DNA of 63,952 bases, filler included, from Octopus bimaculoides (taxonomy: Eukaryota), in assembly GCF_001194135.2 (NCBI RefSeq). It is 7 parts of 7 records of this genome, joined end to end, with 100 filler letters (N's around TTAATTAATTAA, not from the genome) between each part and the next. Parts side by side here need not be neighbours in the genome. Positions count along the whole stretch, not along the records: positions 39,258 to 54,488 come from NC_068986.1; positions 54,589 to 59,859 come from NC_068994.1; positions 59,960 to 63,952 come from NC_068982.1; 4 more parts are not named here. One strand, 5' to 3'. Below the pieces are notes generated by a model. The model saw only the letters and a program-made list of their open reading frames with translations. It had not been told where the DNA came from and searched no databases. Within the stretch, counting starts at the first letter, position 1; every line of letters begins with the position of its first letter. A program made the translations under genes and the position numbers. Positions 52,120-63,653 of this stretch are shown in pieces.

Positions 52120-52816
52120 ATATAACAACACTTTACGTGAGTGGCGACATCCTTAATTCTGGGGTGCCGGTGTTTCTCCCGTCACTGGTCACTATTTGCG
52201 AGGCACAACCTATTTATCGTCACCAGGCACTATTCTGTCCCGAAAGGATTCATTCGTGAGACTTTACGGCAAAGAAGAGCACACATTCACTCTTTACGCG
52301 CAGTTAGATTCGCACAGTTTGCTAGGAACTATTTGTTCCACTAGGTCTGGCAGGACGTCCTCGCTGAGCTCTGCAGGTCTTCGTCGAACTCCACGGATCT
52401 TGCAGCATGTCGTCGTCGAGATTACAGCTCTTGTACAGATCATCCAGGACGTCCTCGTCGAACTCTACAGACCTTCTAGGCTGTAGTTTTCCGCTTTGTA
52501 ACCACTATTGACACTGGCTTACGCTTATTGTCAGCTGCCCATATACTGCTTTAGTATTCCTCGCACTTTAAGTTGCGCTGAGGATTTTATTGAACTCATA
52601 AAGCAAGACATAGCGATTAAGTTCCTTTGTCATTTACATTATAGCTTTGTAAAGATGAGTTTTAAAATCGATCTATAATCTTGGAAACTTGAACAAAAAT
52701 AACCTAAAATTACTACCTGATTGTATAGCAAATTGACGTGGGTTATTTATCATGCCCCCACCTCCGACGAATATTTCATGCAACTGAAAAAGCGCATCAT
52801 TTATGGGATGATCCAA
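52120..52816 (-). mobile_element. 5' half of a second mariner, same family as 30051-30536
   Basis: TIR GCATCATTTATGGGATGATCCAA|TA; TTTATTGAACTCATAAAGCAA shared with the 30.3 kb copy; RSVEFDED motif twice; RIVPGDDK. Confidence 0.75.
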
Positions 52817-53405
52817 TATATATCTATATATATACGATATAATAATAATATTTCGGACATAAAATCGTAAATTTAAAAGTGTTGGAGTTATTTTAACGAG
52901 TGGAAGTATCAAAATTTTCTGACAAAATTTTATTACGACAAACAATAGAAAATGTACTTCATGTAGGATTTGTTTTTTTTTTTTTGGTTTAGTAATTCAG
53001 GTACCATGACATCGATAATGGTTTTCGGAAGAATCGATAAATAATTCTATGTCTATATCTCCCTGTATAATCTTAATCAATATTCTCCTATGTTTCATAA
53101 CCTGTCTTACACTTCTTTCAACGTAATGATGCTAATGGTCCACGTATATGGTAGTCCTGCATGAACCGACACTAATCTCATACTTGAAGTTTCATTAGTA
53201 CATGTATGTATATANNNNNNNNNNNNNNNNNNNNNNNNNNNNNNNNNNNNNNNNNNNNNNNNNNNNNNNNNNNNNNNNNNNNNNNNNNNNNNNNNNNNNN
53301 NNNNNNNNNNNNNNNNNNNNNNNNNNNNNNNNNNNNNNNNNNNNNNNNNNNNNNNNNNNNNNNNNNNNNNNNNNNNNNNNNNNNNNNNNNNNNNNNNNNN
53401 NNNNN

Positions 53406-53436
<31 letters not shown>

Positions 53437-54443
53437 TATGTGTGTGTAGTGGGAGTGTTGTGTGTGTGTGTATGTGTGTTTATGTCACTAATGTAAACAC
53501 TTGATTTTGCTGGAGGTGTGAGACATTCTGCAATATTAGCAATTAAATTACAACTATGTGTACACTGTTTGAACACATGAGAAAAGTGAACAAGAATAAA
53601 CACAAAGAACACGTATACACTAATCGCATCGTGCACTTATTTAACTTTAGTATTACTATGGAATTACATTTATGACAACAATTCATATTCTACTCAAAGT
53701 GCATTTGAATGCTACACATACAACACACAGCATTGATAATGGAAATGTATTAACAGGATTTATCAACTTTTATGATCGGAATACATTATTACCAACATTT
53801 ACGATGCTTTTTATATTCGACAATGCAATGAGAAATGGCTTCTCTAATTTCATTAATATTGGCATTTCAGATGTATCTGTAATATGAATGGATTATGTCG
53901 ACAATTATAAACAGAAAAATTTCAATAGAATATACATAAGTACGTAGCACACACACCAACACTTCGACGCACGCAATCACAAACACACGCTCACACACAT
54001 GCACACAGACACAGACACACGTACCTATATAAACATTAGTGTATGCGGGTACTCTGAAGATACATCACAGAATGACGACCATACCCTTCATTCTTACGAA
54101 CGAGCTGTTCTTTGCCGAGGTACAGCGTTCATTCAGCCGCCACTGTGCCAAGTGTTTAGTGAAGTCATGACGCTGGAGTACAGCGGGATATGAAGCGTGA
54201 TCGAAGGAGTTCAATTGAGACAATGTTGCTTCTTACATTCATGCTGAGCGGAGTAACCCTTGAACATCAAGTGTCAGAAGCACCTAGCTATATCAAGAGA
54301 GTAACCTCAACGCACCCACAGGTGTGGCGTCCATGGTTGTGTAGTCTGGTAATGAAATATACACTATGACTCGAGTTAGCAATTCACATTCACAATAATG
54401 GGATGGGATAGCAAACCAAAAGTCCTCGGATTCCACGAAACAG

Positions 54444-54488
<45 letters not shown>

Positions 54489-54698
54489 NNNNNNNNNNNN
54501 NNNNNNNNNNNNNNNNNNNNNNNNNNNNNNNNTTAATTAATTAANNNNNNNNNNNNNNNNNNNNNNNNNNNNNNNNNNNNNNNNNNNNAATACTCTATAA
54601 TTCATAGTGTACAAATAATAATTCGTTAACAAGAATAGCATTGACAGCGACTTCGAAGTTTCCCCCAGCTAGACCACTATCGGACTGTCCGTTGTATA

Positions 54699-57600
54699 TC
54701 TATCTATATATATAAAAGAGATTTTGTGTGCGTGTTTGTGTGTGTGGGGGGGGGGTGCGTGTGTGCGTGAGTGCATGTCAGTGCGTGTGTGTGTGAGTAT
54801 GTGTGTGTGTGTGCGTGCGTGCGTGTGTGTGTTCGCGCGCGCTTATGTTTTTTATGCATTCAAAAACTGAGTTGCCGATTTTGACGTATGGAGAATCAAA
54901 AGATTCAGCAACTTCTCGGCTAACAACTAAACTTTATTTTCATTTGCATATTTGCATTACAAAAAATTAACATTATAATCTTTGCAAGTCAACTATCGTA
55001 AAAGACATTTTATATCACGACGACGACGACGTCACTTTTTTAATGAGTGTGTATGTGTCAGTCAGTGTATTGTGTCCTTGCACGTTCCTTACTCACGTTA
55101 GGCCAATGACTGACAAGTATGTGTTTGAGGGTGTATGTGTGTGTGAGTACACATACATTTTTGTGACAACACACGTCTTAGTAAATGTATGTCACTGTAT
55201 GTCAGAGTCAATGTGGTGCGAATGGATGTCTGATAATTTTTATGAAACGCGCCGATTTTGAAAGAGTTTAGTTTAATTGCCACCTGGATGTTGAAGGAAC
55301 AACACCGTTCACCTTGAAGTACCACTGTTTGGATTCTTGTTTTCATCATGGGGAGTTGCGGTTTAAGCAACTAATTTGTTGAAATATTATTCTGGTTTTT
55401 ATAAGCAGCATGAAGTTTAGCTGATTTGACAGTACTCACAACACTCGCAAATATATCTGAAAAAGAATGTTATTCAGGTTATTATGACAAATTCAGAAAC
55501 TTGGCGAAGAAGAAAGCCTCAGCGGCTGTTTCAATGTAATTTCAGAAATGTTATTCCAGTCTTTATAACCAGTTTGAAGATAATGTTTTTTAACATTCTT
55601 AGCGTCCTTGTCGTATTCCTGCTCTGCTGCTTTATCAGTGAGAGTATTCAATGCCGCGAAAACTTTTTACTGCGTTAGTCAGTATTTATTCTACAGCCTA
55701 TAACTCTACATAGATAAAATACATAGTAAGTGATGTCAAATGAATTTATGTCTTGTTACATGCATCTGTCAGTAAATGTTTTAAATTAATTTACGTTCAC
55801 AACAGTCACATATTCCTTTCTACACACTTTGTTCAGCGTTCGTTCAAAAATTGTAAAATAATAAATTATTTTTGTATAAAAATTTGAACTATACCTTCTG
55901 AATTTTCTTGGAGCTTGGCTTTCTTCGCCATCACATTCAATTCCAAATTTTATAACATTTACTACATTGTTCCAAATAAATGCTGTACTTTGCTACATTG
56001 GTGACGCATATTAATTTTGGAAGGTTCATTTACTTTTCGTTTGAGTTGCAGAAAAAGGTTTTTAAAAAGATCCCATGTATCATGGTAAGAGAAACAAATT
56101 CATAAATACGGTGTTGAATTTGGTTTCACAATGCAAAAAAGTTAAGGGCGATTTAACTGTTATTTTTAGCACATCACCGTTGGGATCTTTTTAAAAATAT
56201 TTTTCTATTACTGAAACGAAACATAAATGAATCTCAAAAAAATTTTTTATACCATAACTATGCTACAGAAAGTATATTTGCACCTATATTGACTACATTT
56301 CGTTTCGCATGAACTGCGTGTGTGTACGCNNNNNNNNNNTTTCTTTTTGTCTTTTGTTTTGGTCACCGGGTATTAAAGTAAACATCAATCATTTGAATAA
56401 TGTTTACTTTAAAGTAAACATTAACCGTAATTTTTGCTAAGTTGGTGACTTTCTGACGCTGGAATATTTCTTTCCGAAATATTCCCTAAAAAAAATTTTT
56501 TATACCATAACTATGCTACAGAAAGTATATTTGCACCTATATTGACTACATTTCGTTTCGCATGAACTGCGTGTGTGTACGCTTTGCTGTTTTCAATATT
56601 ATTAATTCTATGTGTCTGTGAGTATGTGTTCCTGCGTTCGTTACGTCTATAGTAAACTATAGTAAAGGACATTTTACGTCATTTTAATAGACCCACATCT
56701 AATGAAGTAGCCATCCTTATGGTAGGTGATCCCCATGAAAATCGTGATATTCTTATTCGTGCTCGAGATAACAGCCTTAAACCTGTTTCAGAGACTCAAC
56801 CCTCTTATTTTTTAGAATCGACAAGATGGATATCATTTCAATATTCCACAGGTTGAACCTGCAACAAGAGAGCCAATTACAAACAAAAGGCGTCGTCAAA
56901 TGACTTCTATTCTTACTAAACGATGTTAAGATCAGAATAATCAAATCAATTACACATGTATCGTGATCTATTTCAGCAATACCTGGTTGATGTGTATGCT
57001 AAAGTTGGGAGTCAGCGTCTCCTCTACTTTCGTAACGATCAGTCAAAAACAGTTAAGGTCTAAAAATTCGGCTCATCTCCAAGATGCTCTGAGGACAGAT
57101 GGTGATCTTCAAAACATGGGGCAACTTCTAATTCACCCATTATCATTCACAGGTGTTCCTCGATATATGCACCAACGAACACAAGATGCTATAATCTATG
57201 TCAGGTCATATGGTAAACCAAATCTTTTTGTCACTTTCACCTGCATTCCTAAAGGGGGGAAATAAAATCTAACCTCCATCCAGTTTTGCATCTACTGGTA
57301 TTGCAGCTACCCTCCTCAACGGAGGAAGAAATGCTCGTTCTATGTTCAAGGTCCCTCTACACCTTACAATGAAGGAATCTTAAATGTGAAACATTTCCAA
57401 AAACTCTGCAATGGCAAGTTCTCCAACAAACTTGCCTCATCATTTGAGATGAGTGTACTGTCACATCGTGGACCTCCAGAGGTACCTGACCGTACCCTCC
57501 AAAACATAAAAAGCAATCACACGCTCATGGGAGGAGTAACAGTTTTTCTTGTAGGAGATTATCGTTAAACGTTGCCAGTTCTCCCCCAAAGGATCAAAAG

Positions 57601-58570
57601 CTGATGAGGTCAATGCATGCTTAAGAAAATCGTACCTTTGGAGACATGCGAAAAAACTTCATCTTATAAACAGCGTCAGAGTACTTCTACAAGGTGATCA
57701 TACGAGCTTCTTAAGATTGGTAATGAGATAGTAACATTCAACTCAAGACTTCAGCTACATGAAATTACATGCAGTCAAATAATACTTTCTCTTAGTGATC
57801 TTATGGATAAAGTATTTCCTAATTTATCAATTACACTGATCTAAACTGACTATGTGAAATAGCTATACTAGCCCCAACTAATGAAATGGTTGATAAACTC
57901 ACTCATGAACTTCTTCAAAAGTTAATAGCTACATCAGATATGACTTTTCGTTCAACTGAAAACAGTCGATCAAGATCAGGTTGTTCAATACACTGTTGAA
58001 TTTCTGAATTTCTTAAACCCACTGGGATGCAGCCGCAGACCCATCTCACCTGTGTAATGGAACTCGCTTAATTGTTACTTCCATGATGCTCCATGTCCTA
58101 CAGGCAACAATCATAACAGGTAGTCACAAAGGAGAAAATGTCTTTATTCCAAAAGTTCCTCTCATAACTACAGGTCTTCCATTTCAGTTTAAGAATTTTT
58201 TTCAGTGTAACTAAGTTTTGGTATTTCAATTAACAAATCTCAGGGTCAATCCCTCAAGGTAGTTGGACGTGATCTTTCTACGACACATTTCTCCCACAGC
58301 TAAGTCAACTTGCTCGCGAGTTGGAAGCAGTAACAATTTATCCATTTCGAAACGAACCAAAAATTACACAATGAATATTGTTTACCCTGAGGCACTTCAA
58401 GGTTGGCAGTTTTTCAGTTCTAAATTCTATTATCGTTACAATTTGGGTATCTTTTAATAAAATATAGATATTTTGAAATAATTATGAGAATATATCTTTA
58501 TATTTCCTGTTCACTAATCTGAATAAGAACAGCGGTATATAATATATAATAATTTTATGTAGGCACCTAG
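54699..58570 (+). mobile_element. Deleted, decayed Helitron (3' end approximate)
   Basis: A|TCTATCTATATATATAAAAG 5' end. Rep remnants LFQQYLVDVYAKV and YGKPNLFVTFTC. PIF1-like helicase remnants ASTGIAATLLNGGR, VGDYR, ILAPTNEMVD, CNGTR, SINKSQGQSL and NIVYPEAL. Confidence 0.85.
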
Positions 58571-59048
58571 TTAAAGCCTGTCCACAGTGTTCGACTATCT
58601 AATGTCAACAACTGTACAGCGGTATATGTCACTAGATTTACTTCAAGAATTGCTTTGTGTCCATAGAGTTCATATAAAAAGATGAGGGAAAGAAAATTAT
58701 ATCGATTCTTTATTTTTTTTATTCAAAACCACTACAGTTGTTTCGACTCATCATGCACCTGTACCTTAGAGGTTATTCTGTACAATCCATTATCATTCAT
58801 TATAGGTGCAGATGCGTCCCATCGAATGACTTTTAAAATAAGTAGCTCGCTTTTTACATGCCGTTTCGCTTATTTTTAGTTCGTGTAGCATTCCATCCGC
58901 CTCCATAATGAATTGAGATACAATGAAAGAATTCTTCCCATATAAGCAATAAACCCATAAAAATATATGATCCAGTATACAAGGATAAAAGATTAATGAA
59001 TCATAAAATAAAATGAAATAAAATGCACATGAGATCAGAATAGAACAA

Positions 59049-59091
<43 letters not shown>

Positions 59092-59160
59092 GGTTTTTAA
59101 CTTTTAAATTTTCATATTCAAAGGAGACAGAGACTTCAAACTCGATATATCGATTTATTC

Positions 59161-59246
59161 ACCACTCTATGTTAACATTTCTGTGCCAAACTTATCCAAT
59201 GACTGGTCCATTGGATTTAGACATTTGGCACTTCTTCAGGAGTGGT
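59161..59246 (-). ncRNA. Type I hammerhead motif, left arm
   Basis: Mirror image of 59613-59698; inner stem ATCCAATG/CATTGGAT fully Watson-Crick. Confidence 0.8.
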
Positions 59247-59612
59247 TACCATCCGAACAAAACACGAAAAAACACATACATAACTATTATTAAATTCTTA
59301 AAATCCCGTTAGATTTCATCTTTGTTATTATAGGGGAGATAACTCCTTAATTTTCTATTTTTATTGCTCTCCTGTGAATATGTATGCATATGTACGTATG
59401 CATGTGTATACGAGTAAAGGAACGGGTAATATACTATAGTAAAAAGAAGTAAATAAATTAATTAATTAATCTAGTGGAAATTCACAGGAGAGCAATAAAA
59501 ATAGAAAATTAAGGAGTTATCTCCCCTATAATAACAAAGATGAAATCTAACGGGATTTTAAGAATTTAATAATAGTTATGTATGTGTTTTTTCGTGTTTT
59601 GTTCGGATGGTA

Positions 59613-59698
59613 ACCACTCCTGAAGAAGTGCCAAATGTCTAAATCCAGTGGACCAGTCATTGGATAAGTTTGGCACAGAAATGTTAACATAGAGTGGT
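59613..59698 (+). ncRNA. Type I hammerhead motif, right arm
   Basis: ACCACTC-CTGAAGA-A-GTGCCAAA-TGTCTAA-ATCCAGTG-GACCAGT-CATTGGAT-AAG-TTTGGCAC-A-GAAA-TGTTAACA-TA-GAGTGGT; predicted AUA cleavage after 59691. Confidence 0.8.
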
Positions 59699-59959
59699 GA
59701 ATAAATCGATATATCGAGTTTGAAGTCTCTGTCTCTTTTGAATATGAAAATTTAAAAGTTAAAAACCCTATAATATAAATATAAACTGTGAGAACGACCC
59801 TTAAGGAATCTAGTTAATGATCCCCTAAGGTAAGCTCTTATGCTATATTGGTAACGGTTNNNNNNNNNNNNNNNNNNNNNNNNNNNNNNNNNNNNNNNNN
59901 NNNTTAATTAATTAANNNNNNNNNNNNNNNNNNNNNNNNNNNNNNNNNNNNNNNNNNNN

Positions 59960-61100
59960 ATGTCATCCAGGTATGGGACCGCGAACTCACAATCTGCCAG
60001 CATAGTATCCATTACTTGCTGAAATATTGCTGGTGCAACCTTCACCCCAAATGGCAGTCTTTTGAAACGGTACAGACCTTTATGAGTATTAATTGTTAAT
60101 ACTTTAGCACATTCTTCGTCTACCTGTAATTGGAGGTAGGCCTCAGACAAATCTAGCTTGGAAAAAAATTTCCCACCATTGTACTTGGCAAATACTTCCT
60201 CTGGATTTGGCAGCGGACAATCATACTTTTTTAAACAGTCATTCAGCCCAGTGGAGAAGTCCGCACATACTCTTACCTCGTTCTTCTTTTTTTTTTATAT
60301 ATACCGTAGGAGCAGCCCACTCCGAGTAATCCCCTTTTTTAATTACTTCCAGGTCTTCCTATCGTTTTAATTCCTTCTCAACTCAATTCAACGCCGTAAG
60401 CGGTACATCCCTTTTCGGTTTAAACACCGGCACCGCATTTTCTTTTAACTCAAACTTTACTTTAGTTTTTTCACACATACCGAGCTCATTCGAAAAAATA
60501 TCCGGGTACATCCTTTTCAGTTTTAATTTCATTTTTTCCGATGCTTTCTCTGACACGGGCTGTGACGCATTCACCTTGTTACACAATGTATTCAGTGATA
60601 GATCCCACAGGTCGAATCTTTCCATTAAATCTGTCCCAAACAGATTCATTGTATTTTTTGATATCATTAATTTACATTTCCGCGTCCTGTTTTTAAGTTT
60701 TATTTCTGTTGAGGTTTCACCCAAGAATCAAACTCGTTCTCCTGACACACCATGGGCTATCCTAGTAGTCTTTTTATATAATGGCCTGCCTATTTTACTC
60801 CATATTGCCGTATTTATTATCGATACGTCTGAACTGGTATCTAATTGCATTTTGGTCTGCAACCCATTTATTTCTACCGACACAAATTTTCGGATTTGTC
60901 TGGTAGAATTTATTTTTGTTGAGTAGACTTTCTTTTGTTTTACCGTTTTCTTTGACTGGCATTTCGTCTGTATATGCCCAATTTTACCACACTTAAAACA
61001 GGGTTTATCTTTAAAGGGGCAATCTTTCCTCAAGTGTCGCTATCCGCAAACATAGCACCGTTTTGAATTAAAATTTTTCATTCTTTGTATACTTTCTTTA
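59960..61100 (-). mobile_element. Gypsy (Mag/K02A2.6-like) gag-pol fragment
   Basis: Two zinc knuckles CYVCG*RHLRKDC and CFKCGKIGHIQTKC; protease MQLDTSSDVSII; RT RLPFGVKVAPAIFQQ..PYLDD; frameshifts present. Confidence 0.9.
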
Positions 61101-61169
61101 CACATTTGTACATTATTCTTACTAGCTGAATTAAAATGCCAAGGAATTTGTCGTCTTTTATCTTTTACT

Positions 61170-61720
61170 TGTTTCTCTCATTACTCTGTTTGGGCACCGC
61201 CTTAAAGGGTTTAGTCCAGAGGTTCTAAACCATTTTATTTATTTATGGACCCCTTTGATTGTTATTTTATTCTGGTGGACCCCCATAGCCATTCAATGTT
61301 TAAAAGGTTTTACAGATACTTCTTTCAATTTTCCTATTTTGTTTTTCACGCATTAATGTTTGTAGGTTTAAGGTAATAAAATGTTAGAGAAAGAAACCTA
61401 GCTGTTTCTTGCAATACATACCAAAACATACATCCAAAGTCAAATTTTTTCCAGAAGCCCTCAAAATATTACTGTGGATCCCTAATTTGCTATTTTGTTG
61501 CGTGGACCCCCAAAATCTTATACTGATCCACCCCCAGGTGCCATATGGATCCCGGTTAAGAACTACTGGTTCAGTCGAATAACTGAAACCCCAATACTTA
61601 TTCTATCGGTCTCTTTTGGCCGAACCACTAAGTTATGGGGGACGTTAACAAATCCACACCGTTTGTCCGGTTCTCAAGCAGTGATGCGGAACAAACACAA
61701 AGACACATACACATTGATAC
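61170..61720 (-). mobile_element. Family B SINE interrupted by a hAT MITE
   Basis: GGGCACCGCCTTAAAGGG left of the MITE; ACTTATTCTATCGGTCTCTTTTGGCCGAACC right of it. Confidence 0.75.
61217..61568. mobile_element. 352 bp hAT-type MITE
   Basis: TIRs CAGAGGTTCTAAACC / GGTTAAGAACTACTG; 8 bp TSD GTTTAGTC / GTTCAGTC. Confidence 0.8.
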
Positions 61721-61771
61721 ATGCATAGGGACATACATGCATAAGGAAATACATACATACATATATATATA

Positions 61772-61929
61772 TGACGGTTTTCTGCACAGTTTCCGTCTAC
61801 CAAATTTACTCTCAAAGCTTTGGTCAACCCAGAGCTGTAGTAGAACTTTGCTCAAGGTGCCACGCAGTGGGATTGAACCCGGAACCGTGTGGTTGGGAAG
61901 CAAACGTCTTATTACACAGTCACGCCTGC
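61772..61929 (-). mobile_element. Family C SINE
   Basis: AAGGTGCCACGCAGTGGGATTGAACCCGGAACC matches 18-177. Confidence 0.85.
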
Positions 61930-62669
61930 AAACGTCTTAATGACAGCACCAGTGAGTCTTTTCGAAGCCTCGTTGACTGTCGGTAAAGAGAAATAAGGAA
62001 ATAATTATCTCAAGATTGCATATTTAACTTGTGTGTTTGCAAACTATCTGAGGACTTTCAGTCTGGATGATGAATTAAATATACCACCTAAGAACAGTTG
62101 GAATATCTAGAGGGCTGCAATCTTCCTGATAATTCAGTCACCACCGTCTGGAGTCTGAGTATGTGTTCTCTCCTTCCCTCCCTCCCTTCCTCCTGTCTGA
62201 AACTTAATCTTTTTATTTAAGGAATTCCTTTTTAGCAATTATTTATTTTATAAAAGCAGATGTATATACAAAATTTATTTTTTAAGCATATCGGGTTTCT
62301 CATAATTTCGTAAGTTTATGACTTGTTAATCTGTAACGCTAGTTCGTTAGCTGAAATGTGATTGAAGTGCGTAATTTTTCTTGCAAAGTCTTATAAACTT
62401 AGCGGGGAAAATAATCAAGGAACTGTGTAACTGATGTGTTTCGTTCAGTCGTAATACTAAAATCAGTCCTTGGGTAAAATAATCCAACAAATGTCAATTC
62501 GAGGAGTGGGTTGGGGGGACATCAAGCGTTACTTCCGCTAAGTGGTAGTACAGTTTTTCAACAGAAGTCCCAACAGAAAAAATAAAACAAATGCTGTGAG
62601 CGGATAAGAGAAATGATGGAATACAACGAAAATTTTAGGGGAATATGACAAAAAAGGAAGAAATTATCG

Positions 62670-62850
62670 TTTTCTCTTTATTTGTTTTAGTCGTTGAACT
62701 GCAGCCATACTGGGACACTGCTTTGAAGCATTTAGTCGAAATAAATTGACCCCAGGACTTTTTTTGTAACCACGATAATTATTCTATCGGTCGCTTTTGC
62801 CGAACCACTAGGTTACGGAGACTTAAACTAATAACGGTTGTCCAGAGGTG
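62670..62850 (-). mobile_element. Degenerate family B SINE
   Basis: CTGCAGCCATACTGGG...GACCCCAGGAC...TTATTCTATCGG..GCCGAACCACTA. Confidence 0.7.
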
Positions 62851-63276
62851 GTGGTGGACACACGCTCGCGCATTAATTTCATTCGGGCTTTAACCCTGGA
62901 GTTAAATCTTTTAAACTCGTCAACGGGTACAAGTTATCAGATCGGATTTGAAATCGGAAATCGATTGTTTTACAGATCATATTTCTTAAAATCCATAGAT
63001 ATCCACAGAATTTATATTATCATTCACAAGGAGAATGGAGTGAGCAAGTTGTTTTATTACATAACTTTACAATTTTTCATCGATATGCAACTATAGATTT
63101 CTGATGCAATTGAACTTTGATTCTTCATAGATGTATATAAAATCCATTTGCTGCCGTAGCTTGTAATTATCAACAGATTATACCACCAATTGTCGGTAGG
63201 TTTGTCGCATATCACAAGCAAAAAATAAATTAAGATAAAATAAAATAAAATATAGAATAAAATAAATTAATAAAAT

Positions 63277-63653
63277 AATCCTTTCTACTATAGGCACAAG
63301 GCCTGAAATTTGGGGGAGGGTGATAATTGATTACATCGACCCCAGAACTCAACTGGTACTTTATTTATCGACTCCGAAAGGATGAAAGGCAATGTGGACC
63401 TCGGCGAAATTTGAACTCAGAACGTAACGACGGACGAAATACCGCTAAGCATTTCGTCCAGTATGCTAACGATTCTGCCGAAATAATCCTTTCTACTGGA
63501 GGCGCAAGGCCTGAAATTAGTAGTGAGGGGACAATTCGATTACGTCGACCCTAGTGTTTCACTGGTATTTAATTTACCGAATCCGAAAGGGTGAAAAGCA
63601 AAGTGGACCTCGGCGGAATTTGAATTTAGGATATAACGACCGGCGAAATACCG
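63277..63653 (-). mobile_element. Two tandem family A SINEs (63277-63480, 63484-63653)
   Basis: Both have TAATCCTTTCTACT..GC(A/G)CAAGGCCTGAAATT tails and GGACCTCGGCG.AATTTGAA cores. Confidence 0.85.

Larger units (their letters stand above)
59082..59777. repeat. 298 bp near-perfect inverted repeat (Penelope-like pLTR pair) with 100 bp spacer
   Basis: 59082-59379 versus 59480-59777: three mismatches found by eye; AATAAA and AT-rich tails point outward. Confidence 0.95.

Noticed and set aside
1455-53636. Long ORFs made of YIYI, MYVC, VCVC, HTHT or X runs
   Set aside because: These are translations of microsatellites and N gaps.
56236-56582. Exact ~94 bp direct duplication
   Set aside because: The first copy ends at a 10-N gap, so a contig-overlap artefact is likely.
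9762-59915. TTAATTAATTAA islands inside N runs (about 9762, 20282, 33761, 39202, 54533, 59904)
   Set aside because: An identical 12-mer centred in fixed-size gaps with stops in all six frames is an assembly gap linker, not biology.
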